From the IMG/VR virus record IMGVR_UViG_3300011115_000650: a stretch of DNA of 64,000 bases; one strand, given 5' to 3'. The notes below the pieces were generated by a model. It ran no database searches. It was not told where the DNA came from and saw nothing but the letters and a program-made list of their open reading frames with translations. Made by a program: the position numbers and the translations under genes. Below are positions 18,048-28,589 of the stretch, one piece after another; positions within the stretch are counted from its first letter, which is position 1; every line of letters begins with the position of its first letter. The DNA comes from a virus.

Positions 18048-18803
18048 TTACTTCTTTTTAAATTGTTCTAATAAATCAATCGTTCTTTCAGCCCCATCGT
18101 ATTTTGATTTTGAGTGCAGCATTTCACCATAAACATTTCTATTTTTATCGGGGTATGTTGCTACAAATTCCGCAAAACTAATCATTTCTTCCTCACTATA
18201 CACTCTTTTAGCCATAAAATAAGCTCCATGTTTAAACTCAACAAAAGCAGTTTGTTTCTCTTTTTCTTCTTTATAGACATCTGAAAAAGTTTTTGCTGTA
18301 CTTTCAATTAAATCTTCAATACTTTGTTGTTTAGTTTCTTCTACTGGAATGATGATTTTGTAATCTAAATCCCATTCTCCTTTAGTTTGCCAAGATTCTA
18401 TTTTAACCTCCTCACAACTTGGATTCTTAACAAACCATTCTAAAAAATCATCATCAATAGCTTGTACGCCATCTTCAATTAAGTCTTGGTCTGTTGTTAG
18501 GATTATTTTTTTAGGTTTAAGATTAATGTGAATACTAAAAGGTTGAGCTATTTTAGACACTCCAGGAACAGTTAATCTTTCATACCAAACAAATTTGTCT
18601 TCCTTTTTAGTACATTTAAGAATTTCATTTAAGTTAGTCATAAACCAATCCCCTTCTTTAATCTCTTCATCAGAAGTGATGTAGATGTTTTGAGGTTTAC
18701 AATATGATGTATTAGGAAAATTTTCTCCTAAACATAATCCATTAGCTCCTACATAAGCTAACCTACTTAGTTTGTCTGTTGGTAGTAAATGTATATTTTT
18801 CAT
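18048..18803 (-). CDS. Hypothetical phage protein
   Basis: 251-aa ORF with a promoter variant at ~18820-18855. Confidence 0.65.
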   Translation of the reverse strand: MKNIHLLPTDKLSRLAYVGANGLCLGENFPNTSYCKPQNIYITSDEEIKEGDWFMTNLNEILKCTKKEDKFVWYERLTVPGVSKIAQPFSIHINLKPKKIILTTDQDLIEDGVQAIDDDFLEWFVKNPSCEEVKIESWQTKGEWDLDYKIIIPVEETKQQSIEDLIESTAKTFSDVYKEEKEKQTAFVEFKHGAYFMAKRVYSEEEMISFAEFVATYPDKNRNVYGEMLHSKSKYDGAERTIDLLEQFKKK

Positions 18804-18858
18804 TGTTGTTTTATTATAAACTAAAGATAAGAATTTTATTTTGACTAAGCAACTTTAT

Positions 18859-18970
18859 TTATAAAGAAATTTCAAATCTATCTCTCATTCTCTCAATAGT
18901 CTCTTCTGGGCAGTCGTGTACATTTTTAGAACCATGTCTATTCTCTTACTATAAACAATACTTTATTCAT
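18859..18970 (-). pseudogene. Internally deleted AAA_33/P-loop (polynucleotide-kinase-like) gene
   Basis: N-terminus MNKVLFIVR joined out of frame to C-terminus ENRHGSKNVHDCPEETIERMRDRFEISL*; Walker A and core absent. Confidence 0.7.
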
Positions 18971-19623
18971 CTCACTTCTGTTTCGTGGTGATCTTGTGGG
19001 ATTACTGATGTCTTATTTGGCCTATCTTTTAGTATCGATACTACCTCTCTTAGTTCGTAGGGTATTAAATCATTACCGTCCATACCTACGTCCATTGATT
19101 TGCCTGGCATTATTTTCTTATACTGAGGTAGATGAACGTGACCAAATAAATGATAGGTACCTTTGTTCATATCATGCCAGCTACAGATTGGAAAGTGGCT
19201 CAATACAAAATTAAACTTCTCTACAATCCTATTGTTTACAGGCCTTACTACTTCCAGTCTTGTGTATTGGTATACTCCTTTGAATAAATCCTGACAGTTA
19301 CCTCTATTGTTTTCAATATGGTGATCGTGGTTACCTAGTATAAGGTAAATGTTTTTACATATTATCCTGTCTCTGAATTCTTGAATAGATTCAAAGCCAC
19401 CAAACGACCAATCACCTAAGTGTACTAAGATATCATCTTGACCTACTGTTTGATTGATACCGTTTATTATAGTAGCATTCATTCGGTCTATAGTCCTAAA
19501 GTCTCTAGTCTTATCCAATCCTCCCGTCCAATTACTCACACCCCTACATATATTTTTGTGCCCGTAGTGTGTGTCGGAGGTAAAGAATATTTTCTGGTCC
19601 TTATTTAATTGTATTGTTAACAT
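18967..19623 (-). CDS. Calcineurin-like metallophosphoesterase
   Basis: SDTH, HLGD, GNHD, SHFP and GHVH motifs. Confidence 0.85.
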   Translation of the reverse strand: MLTIQLNKDQKIFFTSDTHYGHKNICRGVSNWTGGLDKTRDFRTIDRMNATIINGINQTVGQDDILVHLGDWSFGGFESIQEFRDRIICKNIYLILGNHDHHIENNRGNCQDLFKGVYQYTRLEVVRPVNNRIVEKFNFVLSHFPICSWHDMNKGTYHLFGHVHLPQYKKIMPGKSMDVGMDGNDLIPYELREVVSILKDRPNKTSVIPQDHHETEVR

Positions 19624-19630
19624 ACGCTAC

Positions 19631-19735
19631 CTACTTTTTAGAGATTACAATTATTAGTACTACAACAGTTACCATGAGTAGTGGATGATCATTACACCAA
19701 TCCCCTATCCTATCTATATACTCACTAATTTTCAT
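19631..19735 (-). CDS. 34-aa single-TM peptide (not in track)
   Basis: MKISEYIDRIGDWCNDHPLLMVTVVVLIIVISKK downstream of a promoter variant at ~19760-19795. Confidence 0.45.
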   Translation of the reverse strand: MKISEYIDRIGDWCNDHPLLMVTVVVLIIVISKK

Positions 19736-19870
19736 AGTTAAATCGTTTTACTGTTCGTACTAAATATATGAATTATTCTTCATACAAACAACTTTATTTT
19801 TATAGCTGTCTAGTTATAAGCCTTTCATCTCCCTAGTCTATACTAGTAGTAGTAATAAGGTGAAGGAGAA

Positions 19871-20143
19871 TTATTTTAACCTCTTCTCCCACACCTCCAT
19901 AGGTTTCTTTGTCTTGGTGTTCCATTCCTTATTCATCCTAGATACTAATTCTTCGTAGTCCTCTTTTAGCTTCTTCTTGAGTTTACGTTCCTTGGTTGAA
20001 TGATACTCGGTCTTGATTCGCTCCATTTCTATCTCTCCAGCCGTGGTATAGTCTAGTTCAACTACCTGTATGCCGTCTAGGTTGTAGGTATGTATTTGAG
20101 TTAGTTCACCATCTTGTTCTTTACTTGTATACTTGTAGTTCAT
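19871..20143 (-). CDS. Hypothetical protein
   Basis: ORF track. Confidence 0.55.
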   Translation of the reverse strand: MNYKYTSKEQDGELTQIHTYNLDGIQVVELDYTTAGEIEMERIKTEYHSTKERKLKKKLKEDYEELVSRMNKEWNTKTKKPMEVWEKRLK

Positions 20144-20216
20144 GCTTGGTTGGCTTTGATTGAATATAGAAAGAAAGGGAGAAGATATTCAAACCCGTCT
20201 CCCTTCCTACTCTAAC

Positions 20217-21377
20217 CTATATATCAAATCGGATTACTAGACAGCTATTACCGCCTAATACTCCTGATGGAGCTTCATCCTTACCAACATTATGTACTGG
20301 GTATGATTGTGGGTATGCTTTTATAAATGCTATAACGTAGTCGAATGCTGCTAATGACCATTCTCTATTAGCATTTGGTAATGGTATGAATATTCTACTT
20401 TTTTCTTCATCAATAACTACTTTATAACCTGCATAAATTACCTTACCAATCTTTTTAACAGCTTCCTTAATTGCTGAAGAACGTGTAAAGGTTGGGAAAT
20501 ATTTACTTAGCATCTCAACCTGTGCTGAATCAGCTTCTTCAAATGCTTTAGATACTGCAGGATGAGCAACTTCATAACTATCGGCAAATATATCCGATTT
20601 AATCGTTTCTTCGATTATACTCTGCCATTTACTACATACTTGTGGATGTATTTCACTTAATTGCTTTCTTGTAACTGTGTACTTTGTCATAACTGTATTT
20701 GTATTTGTTTTATTATTTACTAAATATTCGATATCGGTTGTTGAAAAAGACCAAGATTCACTTCCTTCAAATTTAAAGTTGTATCCATCTGAGTCAAGAG
20801 ACTTAATCACTACTTCTTTACCTAAAAAATGATCCATTAAACCACTAGCATTCCAATAAACCGGTCTTTCACTTACCAATCTTACTGTATCACCTACTTT
20901 ATACTGTGGTGTTGATGTCTCGGTTGTTGCAAAACCCCTAGTATCTGCTCTTCTAAAATCCTTTAAGTAGAACCATAAACAACTATCTCCTTCTAATTGG
21001 AATGTTTCACCTTTTACTGATTTGATCTTTCTACCAACATCGTAATTAAATGATTCTCCACATACCGTCGTAACTGGTAGGTTAATTGCTGACACTACAT
21101 TACCTTTTCTTAATTTTACAGTAGTTGCTGTATCGTTGTATGGTGTAACGTCTTGTGGGTTATAGTAATTACCTTCTACACTTATACCATTATACGGTTC
21201 AACTGAGAAGCAATGGTAATCATTATGGTAATCATCATAAGTTCCTGTATAGTACAGGAATGGTTGATTAGCTTTTTTAGCTTTACTCCATTGACTACAT
21301 TCATCTAAGCTATCCCAATTTCGGGCTGTTTTTTGATGAGGTACGTACTTGTTACCTACTATTAATTTTGTACTCAT
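20217..21377 (-). CDS. Mosaic multidomain protein (SH3/KOW-like modules plus 'VCSKWQ' domain)
   Basis: Shares a ~65-aa domain with the 23701 and 41957 ORFs. Confidence 0.7.
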   Translation of the reverse strand: MSTKLIVGNKYVPHQKTARNWDSLDECSQWSKAKKANQPFLYYTGTYDDYHNDYHCFSVEPYNGISVEGNYYNPQDVTPYNDTATTVKLRKGNVVSAINLPVTTVCGESFNYDVGRKIKSVKGETFQLEGDSCLWFYLKDFRRADTRGFATTETSTPQYKVGDTVRLVSERPVYWNASGLMDHFLGKEVVIKSLDSDGYNFKFEGSESWSFSTTDIEYLVNNKTNTNTVMTKYTVTRKQLSEIHPQVCSKWQSIIEETIKSDIFADSYEVAHPAVSKAFEEADSAQVEMLSKYFPTFTRSSAIKEAVKKIGKVIYAGYKVVIDEEKSRIFIPLPNANREWSLAAFDYVIAFIKAYPQSYPVHNVGKDEAPSGVLGGNSCLVIRFDI

Positions 21378-21432
21378 AACGTTTTATTTATTTAACTAAA
21401 GATAAGAATGTTTATTGTAACGACCAACTTTT

Positions 21433-21723
21433 TTACTTTAAAAATGATAAAAGTTTTGGCTTAGGCATTATACCTACATTCTTTAGGACGATGCTTCCAT
21501 TTTGGATAATTACAACGGTGGGTACGGAAGTAACCTGGTACTGAGTAACTAGATCAGTATCTTGGCTAGCATCTATCTTGGTTAACGATGTTCCGGTTTG
21601 ATTACAAACCTCCTCGACTGTAGGATAGAACATTCGACATGGTGCACAGGTGGGGGTGGAGAAGTATAAGACTTGCTTCATAATAGATTGTTTGTTTCTA
21701 TTAAGATACGGACTCTTCCTCAA
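21433..21723 (-). CDS. Thioredoxin
   Basis: YFSTPTCAPC and VTSVPT; probable start MKQVLYF. Confidence 0.85.
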   Translation of the reverse strand: MRKSPYLNRNKQSIMKQVLYFSTPTCAPCRMFYPTVEEVCNQTGTSLTKIDASQDTDLVTQYQVTSVPTVVIIQNGSIVLKNVGIMPKPKLLSFLK

Positions 21724-22171
21724 ACTTCCAACCCTGCAGTTCAGAATATTTTTTTAGGTATAGGTCAGCAAATTCATCGGCCTGTCTCTCCATTGGATGA
21801 TTCCAATAGTCTACTTTTAGGTAGTGGTATAGTTGACGGGGTTGTTGAGAGTGGCAGTATTCATGTAGCAGTGTCCCCAGGACCTCTTTCATGGTATAGC
21901 TAGACTTGCAGTATAGTAAGATTGTATTGGAGGTGTAGTCCATCAAGCCATAAAAGTCTCCCTGTCTCCATAGAGATTTAGTTTTATAGGCCCATTTTAC
22001 TTGTAGAGTGTCTGGATTAGAATATGACTTCCAGGTTGTGTACTTCTTGGTGAAGTTTAGATTGTTTTGATAGGAAGTATCAGGTACCTCTTTTTTAATC
22101 CATTCAAATATGTTATTGATTAATTCCTGTAACTGCTGTTGGGGTAAGTCCTTTACTGTTAAATCAAGCAT
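21701..22171 (-). CDS. Zincin-like metallopeptidase domain protein
   Basis: TLLHEYCH..Q and a downstream P.ERQA. Confidence 0.6.
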   Translation of the reverse strand: MLDLTVKDLPQQQLQELINNIFEWIKKEVPDTSYQNNLNFTKKYTTWKSYSNPDTLQVKWAYKTKSLWRQGDFYGLMDYTSNTILLYCKSSYTMKEVLGTLLHEYCHSQQPRQLYHYLKVDYWNHPMERQADEFADLYLKKYSELQGWKFEEESVS

Positions 22172-22203
22172 AAGAGAAGAGGTATATTAATAAATAGTGT
22201 AAA

Positions 22204-22231
22204 TAAAAAAACCTCTTGGTTAAAAGAGGTT
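22204..22231 (-). terminator. Intrinsic terminator
   Basis: AACCTCTT...AAGAGGTT hairpin plus a T run. Confidence 0.65.
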
Positions 22232-22249
22232 CTTTGTTTATTAATATGT

Positions 22250-23353
22250 CTACTGGTAGAGAGGCATAAACCAAGCTGCAGGACTTCCTGCTATACTAAC
22301 TGATACCCAAGCTACTGGGGTTTCAGTATTAGTAGGTGTATTGAACACGTTAGTATTAAAGACTAGTGGAGTATCTGCTTTTATAAGCATAGAACCAGTT
22401 ACGGTTACATTACCTTTGATAATATGAGATGAACCTGTTACTAGTAAAGAACCGGTAATAGTGTTTGTACCAATGATGGTCTTAGATCCACTTATGAATA
22501 CACTACCCGTTATTGTCTTAGTACCAATTAAGGTATTTGAACCTGTTACAGATAGTGAACCTGTGATAGCTGTCGTACCATTGCCGTCGATATTAATTCT
22601 CTCTATAGAGTTAGTCTTGATAGAAAGGGTATTATTATTCCCGGTTGCATTCAAGATAGAAGTACCGCCTGTATTTGCTTTTAGGTTTAGGGTAGCTGAA
22701 CCAGCACCACCAGGTGCAATTGTAAGATCTATATCTCCAGATGTTTGCCCTGAAGCAGTTATGTGATTGGAGTTTAGATATAGAGCAGTTGAGGTTAGGG
22801 TAGTGGTGGTTGAGTTTATATTAGTAGTAGTCGAAGTTAGGGTATGGGTAGAACCGGATGCCACTAAAGAACCTGATACTGTAGTGGTACCTCTAAAGGT
22901 GTACGTAGATCCTGATGCTACTATAGAGCCTGTGATTTGAACTGGACCGATTGCTTTTAAAGCTATACCTGTATCCGTTGTAGCGAGTATACCTGTCCCC
23001 GTTCCTGTAGAATATCCTTGAACACCTACACTACTGTCTGTTTCACTGTATATGCCTATCTGAGCATTAGAGTTTACAGCAAGACTTGTACCTGCAGAAT
23101 TAGTAATTGTTAGAGCGTCATCTCCAGTGTTAGCAGTAAGCGTTAATGCTCCTCCTGCTGTTTCAGATAGAATACTACTCCCAGTAATCTTGTTTGCAGA
23201 TGAAAATACAGCTACCCTATTTACTGAACCTGAGATAGCTGTATTTATCGAAGATGAAATAGATCCGGTTATGTATAGGAAATTGTTATCTAGTTCTGTA
23301 TATGTTAGTGGAGATCCTTTTTGGAGTCTCAAAGTAAGTGAAGTAGCAGGCAT
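22250..23353 (-). CDS. Fibre-like virion protein
   Basis: N-terminal LTLRLQKGSPLTYTELDNNF anchor-type motif; T/G/S-rich (I/V)TGS repeats; late-type motif upstream. Confidence 0.6.
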   Translation of the reverse strand: MPATSLTLRLQKGSPLTYTELDNNFLYITGSISSSINTAISGSVNRVAVFSSANKITGSSILSETAGGALTLTANTGDDALTITNSAGTSLAVNSNAQIGIYSETDSSVGVQGYSTGTGTGILATTDTGIALKAIGPVQITGSIVASGSTYTFRGTTTVSGSLVASGSTHTLTSTTTNINSTTTTLTSTALYLNSNHITASGQTSGDIDLTIAPGGAGSATLNLKANTGGTSILNATGNNNTLSIKTNSIERINIDGNGTTAITGSLSVTGSNTLIGTKTITGSVFISGSKTIIGTNTITGSLLVTGSSHIIKGNVTVTGSMLIKADTPLVFNTNVFNTPTNTETPVAWVSVSIAGSPAAWFMPLYQ

Positions 23354-23394
23354 GGTATGGTGAGCTTATTTAATATAAATATCTCACCTTTTGA

Positions 23395-23610
23395 TTAACA
23401 CCTTCCTCTTGTTCTACTTAAATGCTGGAGATGCTTTGCCGTTGAACTATCTCGTATGATCTGTAGGGAGTTAGTTGCCTTAGCATCTGCTATAATCAAA
23501 CCTGAATACCTTTCGGTTGAGGAATGATTGACACAGGTATCTGGATATCCTAATGCTACTCTCTTTGGGTGGATTACTGTTCCGCAAACTTTACATTGAT
23601 GTGTTGCCAT
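23395..23610 (-). CDS. DksA/TraR-like zinc-finger protein
   Basis: CKVCG..IHPKRVAL.YPDTCVNH. Confidence 0.55.
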   Translation of the reverse strand: MATHQCKVCGTVIHPKRVALGYPDTCVNHSSTERYSGLIIADAKATNSLQIIRDSSTAKHLQHLSRTRGRC

Positions 23611-23700
23611 GGTGTATAACTTTTATTTTACTAAAGATAAGAAAAAAGGACCAATTTTCCAACTGATCCTTTATCTTTTTTTCTATTGGGGAAGGGGGGA

Positions 23701-24546
23701 CTATTTATGCTTAAATACAATCATTGTATCTCTATCCGAAGTCCTTTGTGGATTAGGCATAATAATTGCTTCATATTTACTTGAATCAAATATAATTGAT
23801 TTACCTCTGAATTCTTTCGGTACAGAACCCCTACCTATTACTATCTTATCAGTTTCAAATACATTTGCTTCAAAATCTCCTGTCGCTAATGTAACATAAC
23901 CATTATCTGGTTTGGTAAAAATCTCTAGCAACAATGCTACTTGGTCTTTATCTGCTTCATCGAATGCTTGGGTGATTAGTCCATTAGGTATTTCGAATGA
24001 ATCAGCAAACATATCTAACTTGATCGTCTCTTCGATTCGACTCTGCCATTTACTACATACTTTACTGTGGATTGACTTTAACTGTGCCCTTGTGGCGGTT
24101 TGTGTTGTTGACATAACTGTGTTTTTATTTGCAGGTTGAATATATGACTGTTGTTTTTCCTCTGAAATGATTTCTGCCCATTTACCATGGTTATATATAC
24201 ATCCTTTACCATTTTCTCCATAGATTTCATTAATACCATCACTTTCTTTATTCCAGTTCATACTTCCCACTGTAAATACATCATAATCACCAGCAGCACA
24301 TTTATACTTTGTACCTATAGGATATAAGCGTTTGGCTTGTTCTAGTAGCGTTTCTTCCTTAACTACTTCCATGTCGTAGTCTCTTACAACAAAGCTATCA
24401 CAACGATATGCAGTATACCCAAATCCATCTGTTGGACCGGTATACTCCTCTCTAATTGTTACAACGTCACCTATTGTATATCCATGTGCGTTTGAATTGC
24501 CTGTAATTCTTACTTTTGTACCTGCGAGTAGTTTTTCTTTTTTCAT
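23701..24546 (-). CDS. Mosaic multidomain protein ('LLEQAKRLYP' and 'VCSKWQ' domains)
   Basis: Domains shared with 41957 and 20217. Confidence 0.7.
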   Translation of the reverse strand: MKKEKLLAGTKVRITGNSNAHGYTIGDVVTIREEYTGPTDGFGYTAYRCDSFVVRDYDMEVVKEETLLEQAKRLYPIGTKYKCAAGDYDVFTVGSMNWNKESDGINEIYGENGKGCIYNHGKWAEIISEEKQQSYIQPANKNTVMSTTQTATRAQLKSIHSKVCSKWQSRIEETIKLDMFADSFEIPNGLITQAFDEADKDQVALLLEIFTKPDNGYVTLATGDFEANVFETDKIVIGRGSVPKEFRGKSIIFDSSKYEAIIMPNPQRTSDRDTMIVFKHK

Positions 24547-24615
24547 AACTGTATTTATTATGTTTTAATATTATATACTAAAGATATGAAGACATTTTCA
24601 GACTAGCAACTTTTT

Positions 24616-24921
24616 TTAAAAAAGATTGTATTTTTTTACTAGCAGCTTTAATCTCTCCTGGTCTTCTGATTGTAGGCTAGTGAGTGGGGTTAACTTTTTA
24701 AGAAATAGCTCATCCTTCTTTAAGTCCTTTAACCTAACTTCGGAGTGTGGGGTGTGTTTACTTCCCCAAAATACTGTCTCCTCTTCTACCTTCTGGAGTA
24801 GGAGTTGGTGTTGATGTCTCCAGTCTCCTTTTTGGCCTAGCTTCTTTAGGGCCTGGGCCTGGGTTTGAGATTTTAGAATCTGTTCTGATATCTTATTTAG
24901 GTATTTGGGATTAAATTTCAT
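24616..24921 (-). CDS. Basic hypothetical protein
   Basis: ORF track; operonic. Confidence 0.55.
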   Translation of the reverse strand: MKFNPKYLNKISEQILKSQTQAQALKKLGQKGDWRHQHQLLLQKVEEETVFWGSKHTPHSEVRLKDLKKDELFLKKLTPLTSLQSEDQERLKLLVKKYNLF

Positions 24922-24929
24922 CGCTATTA

Positions 24930-25601
24930 TTATAATCGGTCAATGAATTTAGCTGCTGGATTGTCTTCTTCTTTAGATAGTAGACCTAATTGACGGAAAT
25001 GTTCTTCGTAGAAGTCATCCAATTCCCAAGCCGTTTGATTGGGCTGTTGTATGGTTGCTCCTGCATCTTCGAGGTAATTAATTTGACGGGGTGAGAAGAT
25101 GTCACCAACATGTAGAAAGTAATGGTTGTAGCATAGTAGGTGTATATTCTCCAACTCCCAATTATGTCTATTACCATCTTTAAAGGCCAGGATTAGCGGT
25201 ATCTTAAAATCCAATACCCTAGTCTCACAAAATCCACATACACCACATTCTGGTATTAATAGACCTTCGTGTAACAATCTATTCTTTAGCTTCTCTATCG
25301 AATAACTTTCAGTACTTATACCTCTTCTTAGTAACTTCTCCAAGATAGGTTCGTTAGCTTCATATTGAAATTTAGGAATACCTTTACCAGTCCTATTCTT
25401 ATGTATCTCAAATAGACTTGCCTTCTGTACGGGGTCCCAGTATTGTTTAGCATATAACCGGTAGGTGGGATAGGATACGTTTAGGTAGCGTGACGCCGCT
25501 CGATTACTCTTGGTGAACTTCATCGCCTGACGGATCTGTTGTTCGGTTAATAGCTTGGAGGGTCGACCGTAGTGTTTAACATTATCTACTTCCTCACTCA
25601 T
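24930..25601 (-). CDS. HTH plus HNH-like (His-Me finger) protein
   Basis: AASRYLNVSYPTY; CGVCG...KDGNRHNWELENIHLLCYNH. Confidence 0.65.
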   Translation of the reverse strand: MSEEVDNVKHYGRPSKLLTEQQIRQAMKFTKSNRAASRYLNVSYPTYRLYAKQYWDPVQKASLFEIHKNRTGKGIPKFQYEANEPILEKLLRRGISTESYSIEKLKNRLLHEGLLIPECGVCGFCETRVLDFKIPLILAFKDGNRHNWELENIHLLCYNHYFLHVGDIFSPRQINYLEDAGATIQQPNQTAWELDDFYEEHFRQLGLLSKEEDNPAAKFIDRL

Positions 25602-26696
25602 CTATCTTTGGGTTTACTTTTAATAAAAGGTTCCATAAATCCTGAGCATTGTCTAGAGGGATTGGATTGTTGTTCTCGTCTAAAGGATAGTTGATAGTAC
25701 CGTCACTATTCTCCCTCTCCCATAGATAGAAATTTACCAACTCACATGCCTCTCTTCCAAACTTCATCAAGAATAAAGCATCAATGACTTCATAGAAAGG
25801 TTCTTCGTAGGTTCCAAAATCTAATCTTAGGTCGGCAAACAATAAAGTAGACCTAGTGGACATCATCTGTAGACTGGTAATGATACCAACAAACAAATCT
25901 CTAGTCTGGATCTGTTTGGTTTGCTTCTTCCTCTTAACTGTTGACTTTATGTTTAGTAGATGGTCGATGGCTTGTCGTATATTTTGGTATGGGTCTTGAG
26001 ACATAACTTGTATTATAATTTGGGGTTAAACTAATTGAGGTTCTAGTCTAGACTTCATCTCCTGTAACTGTATACATAATTCGAAGTCTTCTTTTATGGA
26101 GAAGTATTGGATGCATTGATCGAGTGCATTAGGCCAATCCTTTCTTTCGATCTCTATAAAATGATTACTACCATTTATCTCTACCAGGGTAGCTGTCTTC
26201 TTTCTAGACTTGATTGCATCTTGAATAGCTAGGTGAGCTTCTTGATAGACGATCCTGGCTAGATCGGGTGCTTCCAAGATCCTATCCACCGGTGTACTCT
26301 CTAGAGGCTCTATACTGATATTCAATATCTTTCTAACTTCTTTCTTTTGCTTCTTTGCTGACATAGACTATTGATTGATTAAGCTCCTTGAATTACTTTC
26401 TTCATGATAAAATCTGATATAGAGACTAGAGGTATGATAAAGCCTATGATCATAGGGTTTCTAACCTGAGTATCTCTATCGATCTGTATGCCGTAGTCGG
26501 CAAACTTCTTCTGTAATATAACAGCAATCTTATTTGCAATCTCAGATAACTGTCTAATGTCTATGTTTTGATTCTGAGGTACAAATCTCATCTTAATGCC
26601 TCTCTTGGTTTCATTAATGTTTGTATCGAACACAACACCAAACTGCTCTCCTTCTAGAGTAACAACGTATTGTGGTTTAGGTATGATTGTTGGCAT
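25594..26696 (-). CDS. Three operonic hypothetical proteins (25594-26004, 26026-26364, 26379-26696)
   Basis: ORF track; 26026 ends in a UVR-like EDFELCIQL helix. Confidence 0.55.
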
Positions 26697-26722
26697 AGTA
26701 TAGTTTATTTAATATAAATAGT

Positions 26723-27898
26723 TTAAAGTAGCTGATTAGTATAGTAAGGTGAGTCTAATCTGATAAGTTCTTTTTCATGAGTCTTTAAATTATTAACTGT
26801 TACTCTAAAAATATCTAATTCGAATTCTCCAACCTCTCCTGATTCTTTTAGTATGTCTGGTAATTGCTGTAACATGTTAAACGAATTGTTAGTCAGAGAC
26901 ATAGCATCAAAATCAATCAAGATATAGTTTTGCTTCTCATTACCGTACGGTCTAATACGTTCCCTTAGGTTGAATTTTGTATTGGGCTGTTCTTTATTTA
27001 TATAGTCCTTATAATCACAATCTACATAAATTGTTGAACACCAAGGTTCAAGTACTTCTAATAGGTGTAGGTTACAGTTCCTAACCACAAAGCCGATATC
27101 GTACTTAGAAGGTATGATCGGATATTGGTAATCGTCGTTCTTAATCCAACTACCCCATTTACGCAAATAATTTCTACCTGCTTTAGCAGATACTACTTTA
27201 AAGTAATCGTCATCTTTACCCACTTGATCGTTCCATCTATGACCTCTGCAGGTTAGGTGGTAGACAAATGCATCTCTACTCTGGATTAATTCATACCCAG
27301 CTAATATCCATCTCTGAAAGATATCTGAGTCTTCATACGGGAATGGGGCAAACAAAGGATCATGTCCTCTTATAGCTTGAAAGTCTTCTTTGTAGAGTAT
27401 CCAGGGAGCAAACATTCCCTTAGTTGTTTTATCTTTTTCGTAACCGGCAATTGTATCTACATACTCTTCAAACATCTCTATATTCAAAGTATCGAAGTCT
27501 TGACCGAAATCTTTTACGATCTTCTCTTTACCTTCAGGGTGTAAAGGAGGTTCGATTCTAGTACCACAAACAACTGTACCCGGTTTTAGATGCTTAACCA
27601 TATTCTGAATATAGTTAGGGCCTAGAATCATATCAGCATGTAAGATACCAACTACATCGTTAGTAGCTTCTCTGATTCCAATATCGTATAAGATAGTATG
27701 ACCTACTCGAGTACTCCATCTCAAGTGTAGAACCTTGTCATCTGATTTAGCAATTTGCTGCATCCACTCCCAAGTACCGTCTGTGGACGCATCGTCTAAT
27801 AAAACAATTTCAGCTTCAGAGGCATGTTTCTTTATTGAAGCGTAGACGTTCTTAAGATGGTTAATGTTGTTATAACTCGGTATTATAAATGATATCAT
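26723..27898 (-). CDS. GT2-family glycosyltransferase
   Basis: SFIIPSYN, DDASTDGT, HADM, YEDSD. Confidence 0.85.
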   Translation of the reverse strand: MISFIIPSYNNINHLKNVYASIKKHASEAEIVLLDDASTDGTWEWMQQIAKSDDKVLHLRWSTRVGHTILYDIGIREATNDVVGILHADMILGPNYIQNMVKHLKPGTVVCGTRIEPPLHPEGKEKIVKDFGQDFDTLNIEMFEEYVDTIAGYEKDKTTKGMFAPWILYKEDFQAIRGHDPLFAPFPYEDSDIFQRWILAGYELIQSRDAFVYHLTCRGHRWNDQVGKDDDYFKVVSAKAGRNYLRKWGSWIKNDDYQYPIIPSKYDIGFVVRNCNLHLLEVLEPWCSTIYVDCDYKDYINKEQPNTKFNLRERIRPYGNEKQNYILIDFDAMSLTNNSFNMLQQLPDILKESGEVGEFELDIFRVTVNNLKTHEKELIRLDSPYYTNQLL

Positions 27899-27899
27899 A

Positions 27900-28589
27900 T
27901 TATTGTTTTTGGATTGTGAACCCCCATATTACATTTGGAGTCCATGGATTATATACTTGGTAGTAATCCGGGCTATTAATCTCCGGGGTAACTATCTCCC
28001 AATTGGTGAAGTCTTCTGAGTAGTAAAACTTTTCGTCTGTAATCTCGTAACCATTCCTCTTACACTCAGCTTTTATCAAACCCTGTCTTTGGTGGTTGTA
28101 GTACCGTAAAAAAGGTTCCCCCGATGTTTCGTAGTTCATATACGGCCCTGCAGGTAGAGTGATCATTAGTTTAGAATCTAGATCTTTTAATAGTTTACAA
28201 GCTTTATTAATACCTCTAAGATCGTGGTTCCAGTAACACTTATCATCTTCTGCTAAACCATTTGCCATTCTATTACCAGCAAACCAAAATCCAAAATGCT
28301 CAAATACCGATACTGATATAACATAGTCGTATTTATTCGATTCATCAAATTCAATAAAGTCGCTCTGTATATGCTTCCAGTTAGTATTCTCTCTCAACCA
28401 GCATCCCGGTTCCGAAGGCATAATGTCTGTAGTAGATACATTGGTAAAACCTTTTTCGTGAATAGTCTCTGAGACTCCTTCTATCCCTCCCTGACACTCG
28501 CCAATAATTAAAACTGTCTTTGTAACATCAGTAAGCTGATCTGCAAAGTAGGGGACTTCTACAATCTTTGTACCTGATAATTTTATCAT
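27900..28589 (-). CDS. SAM-dependent methyltransferase-like (DUF268-like)
   Basis: VLIIG, YDYVISVSVFEHFG, ITLPAG. Confidence 0.6.
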   Translation of the reverse strand: MIKLSGTKIVEVPYFADQLTDVTKTVLIIGECQGGIEGVSETIHEKGFTNVSTTDIMPSEPGCWLRENTNWKHIQSDFIEFDESNKYDYVISVSVFEHFGFWFAGNRMANGLAEDDKCYWNHDLRGINKACKLLKDLDSKLMITLPAGPYMNYETSGEPFLRYYNHQRQGLIKAECKRNGYEITDEKFYYSEDFTNWEIVTPEINSPDYYQVYNPWTPNVIWGFTIQKQ

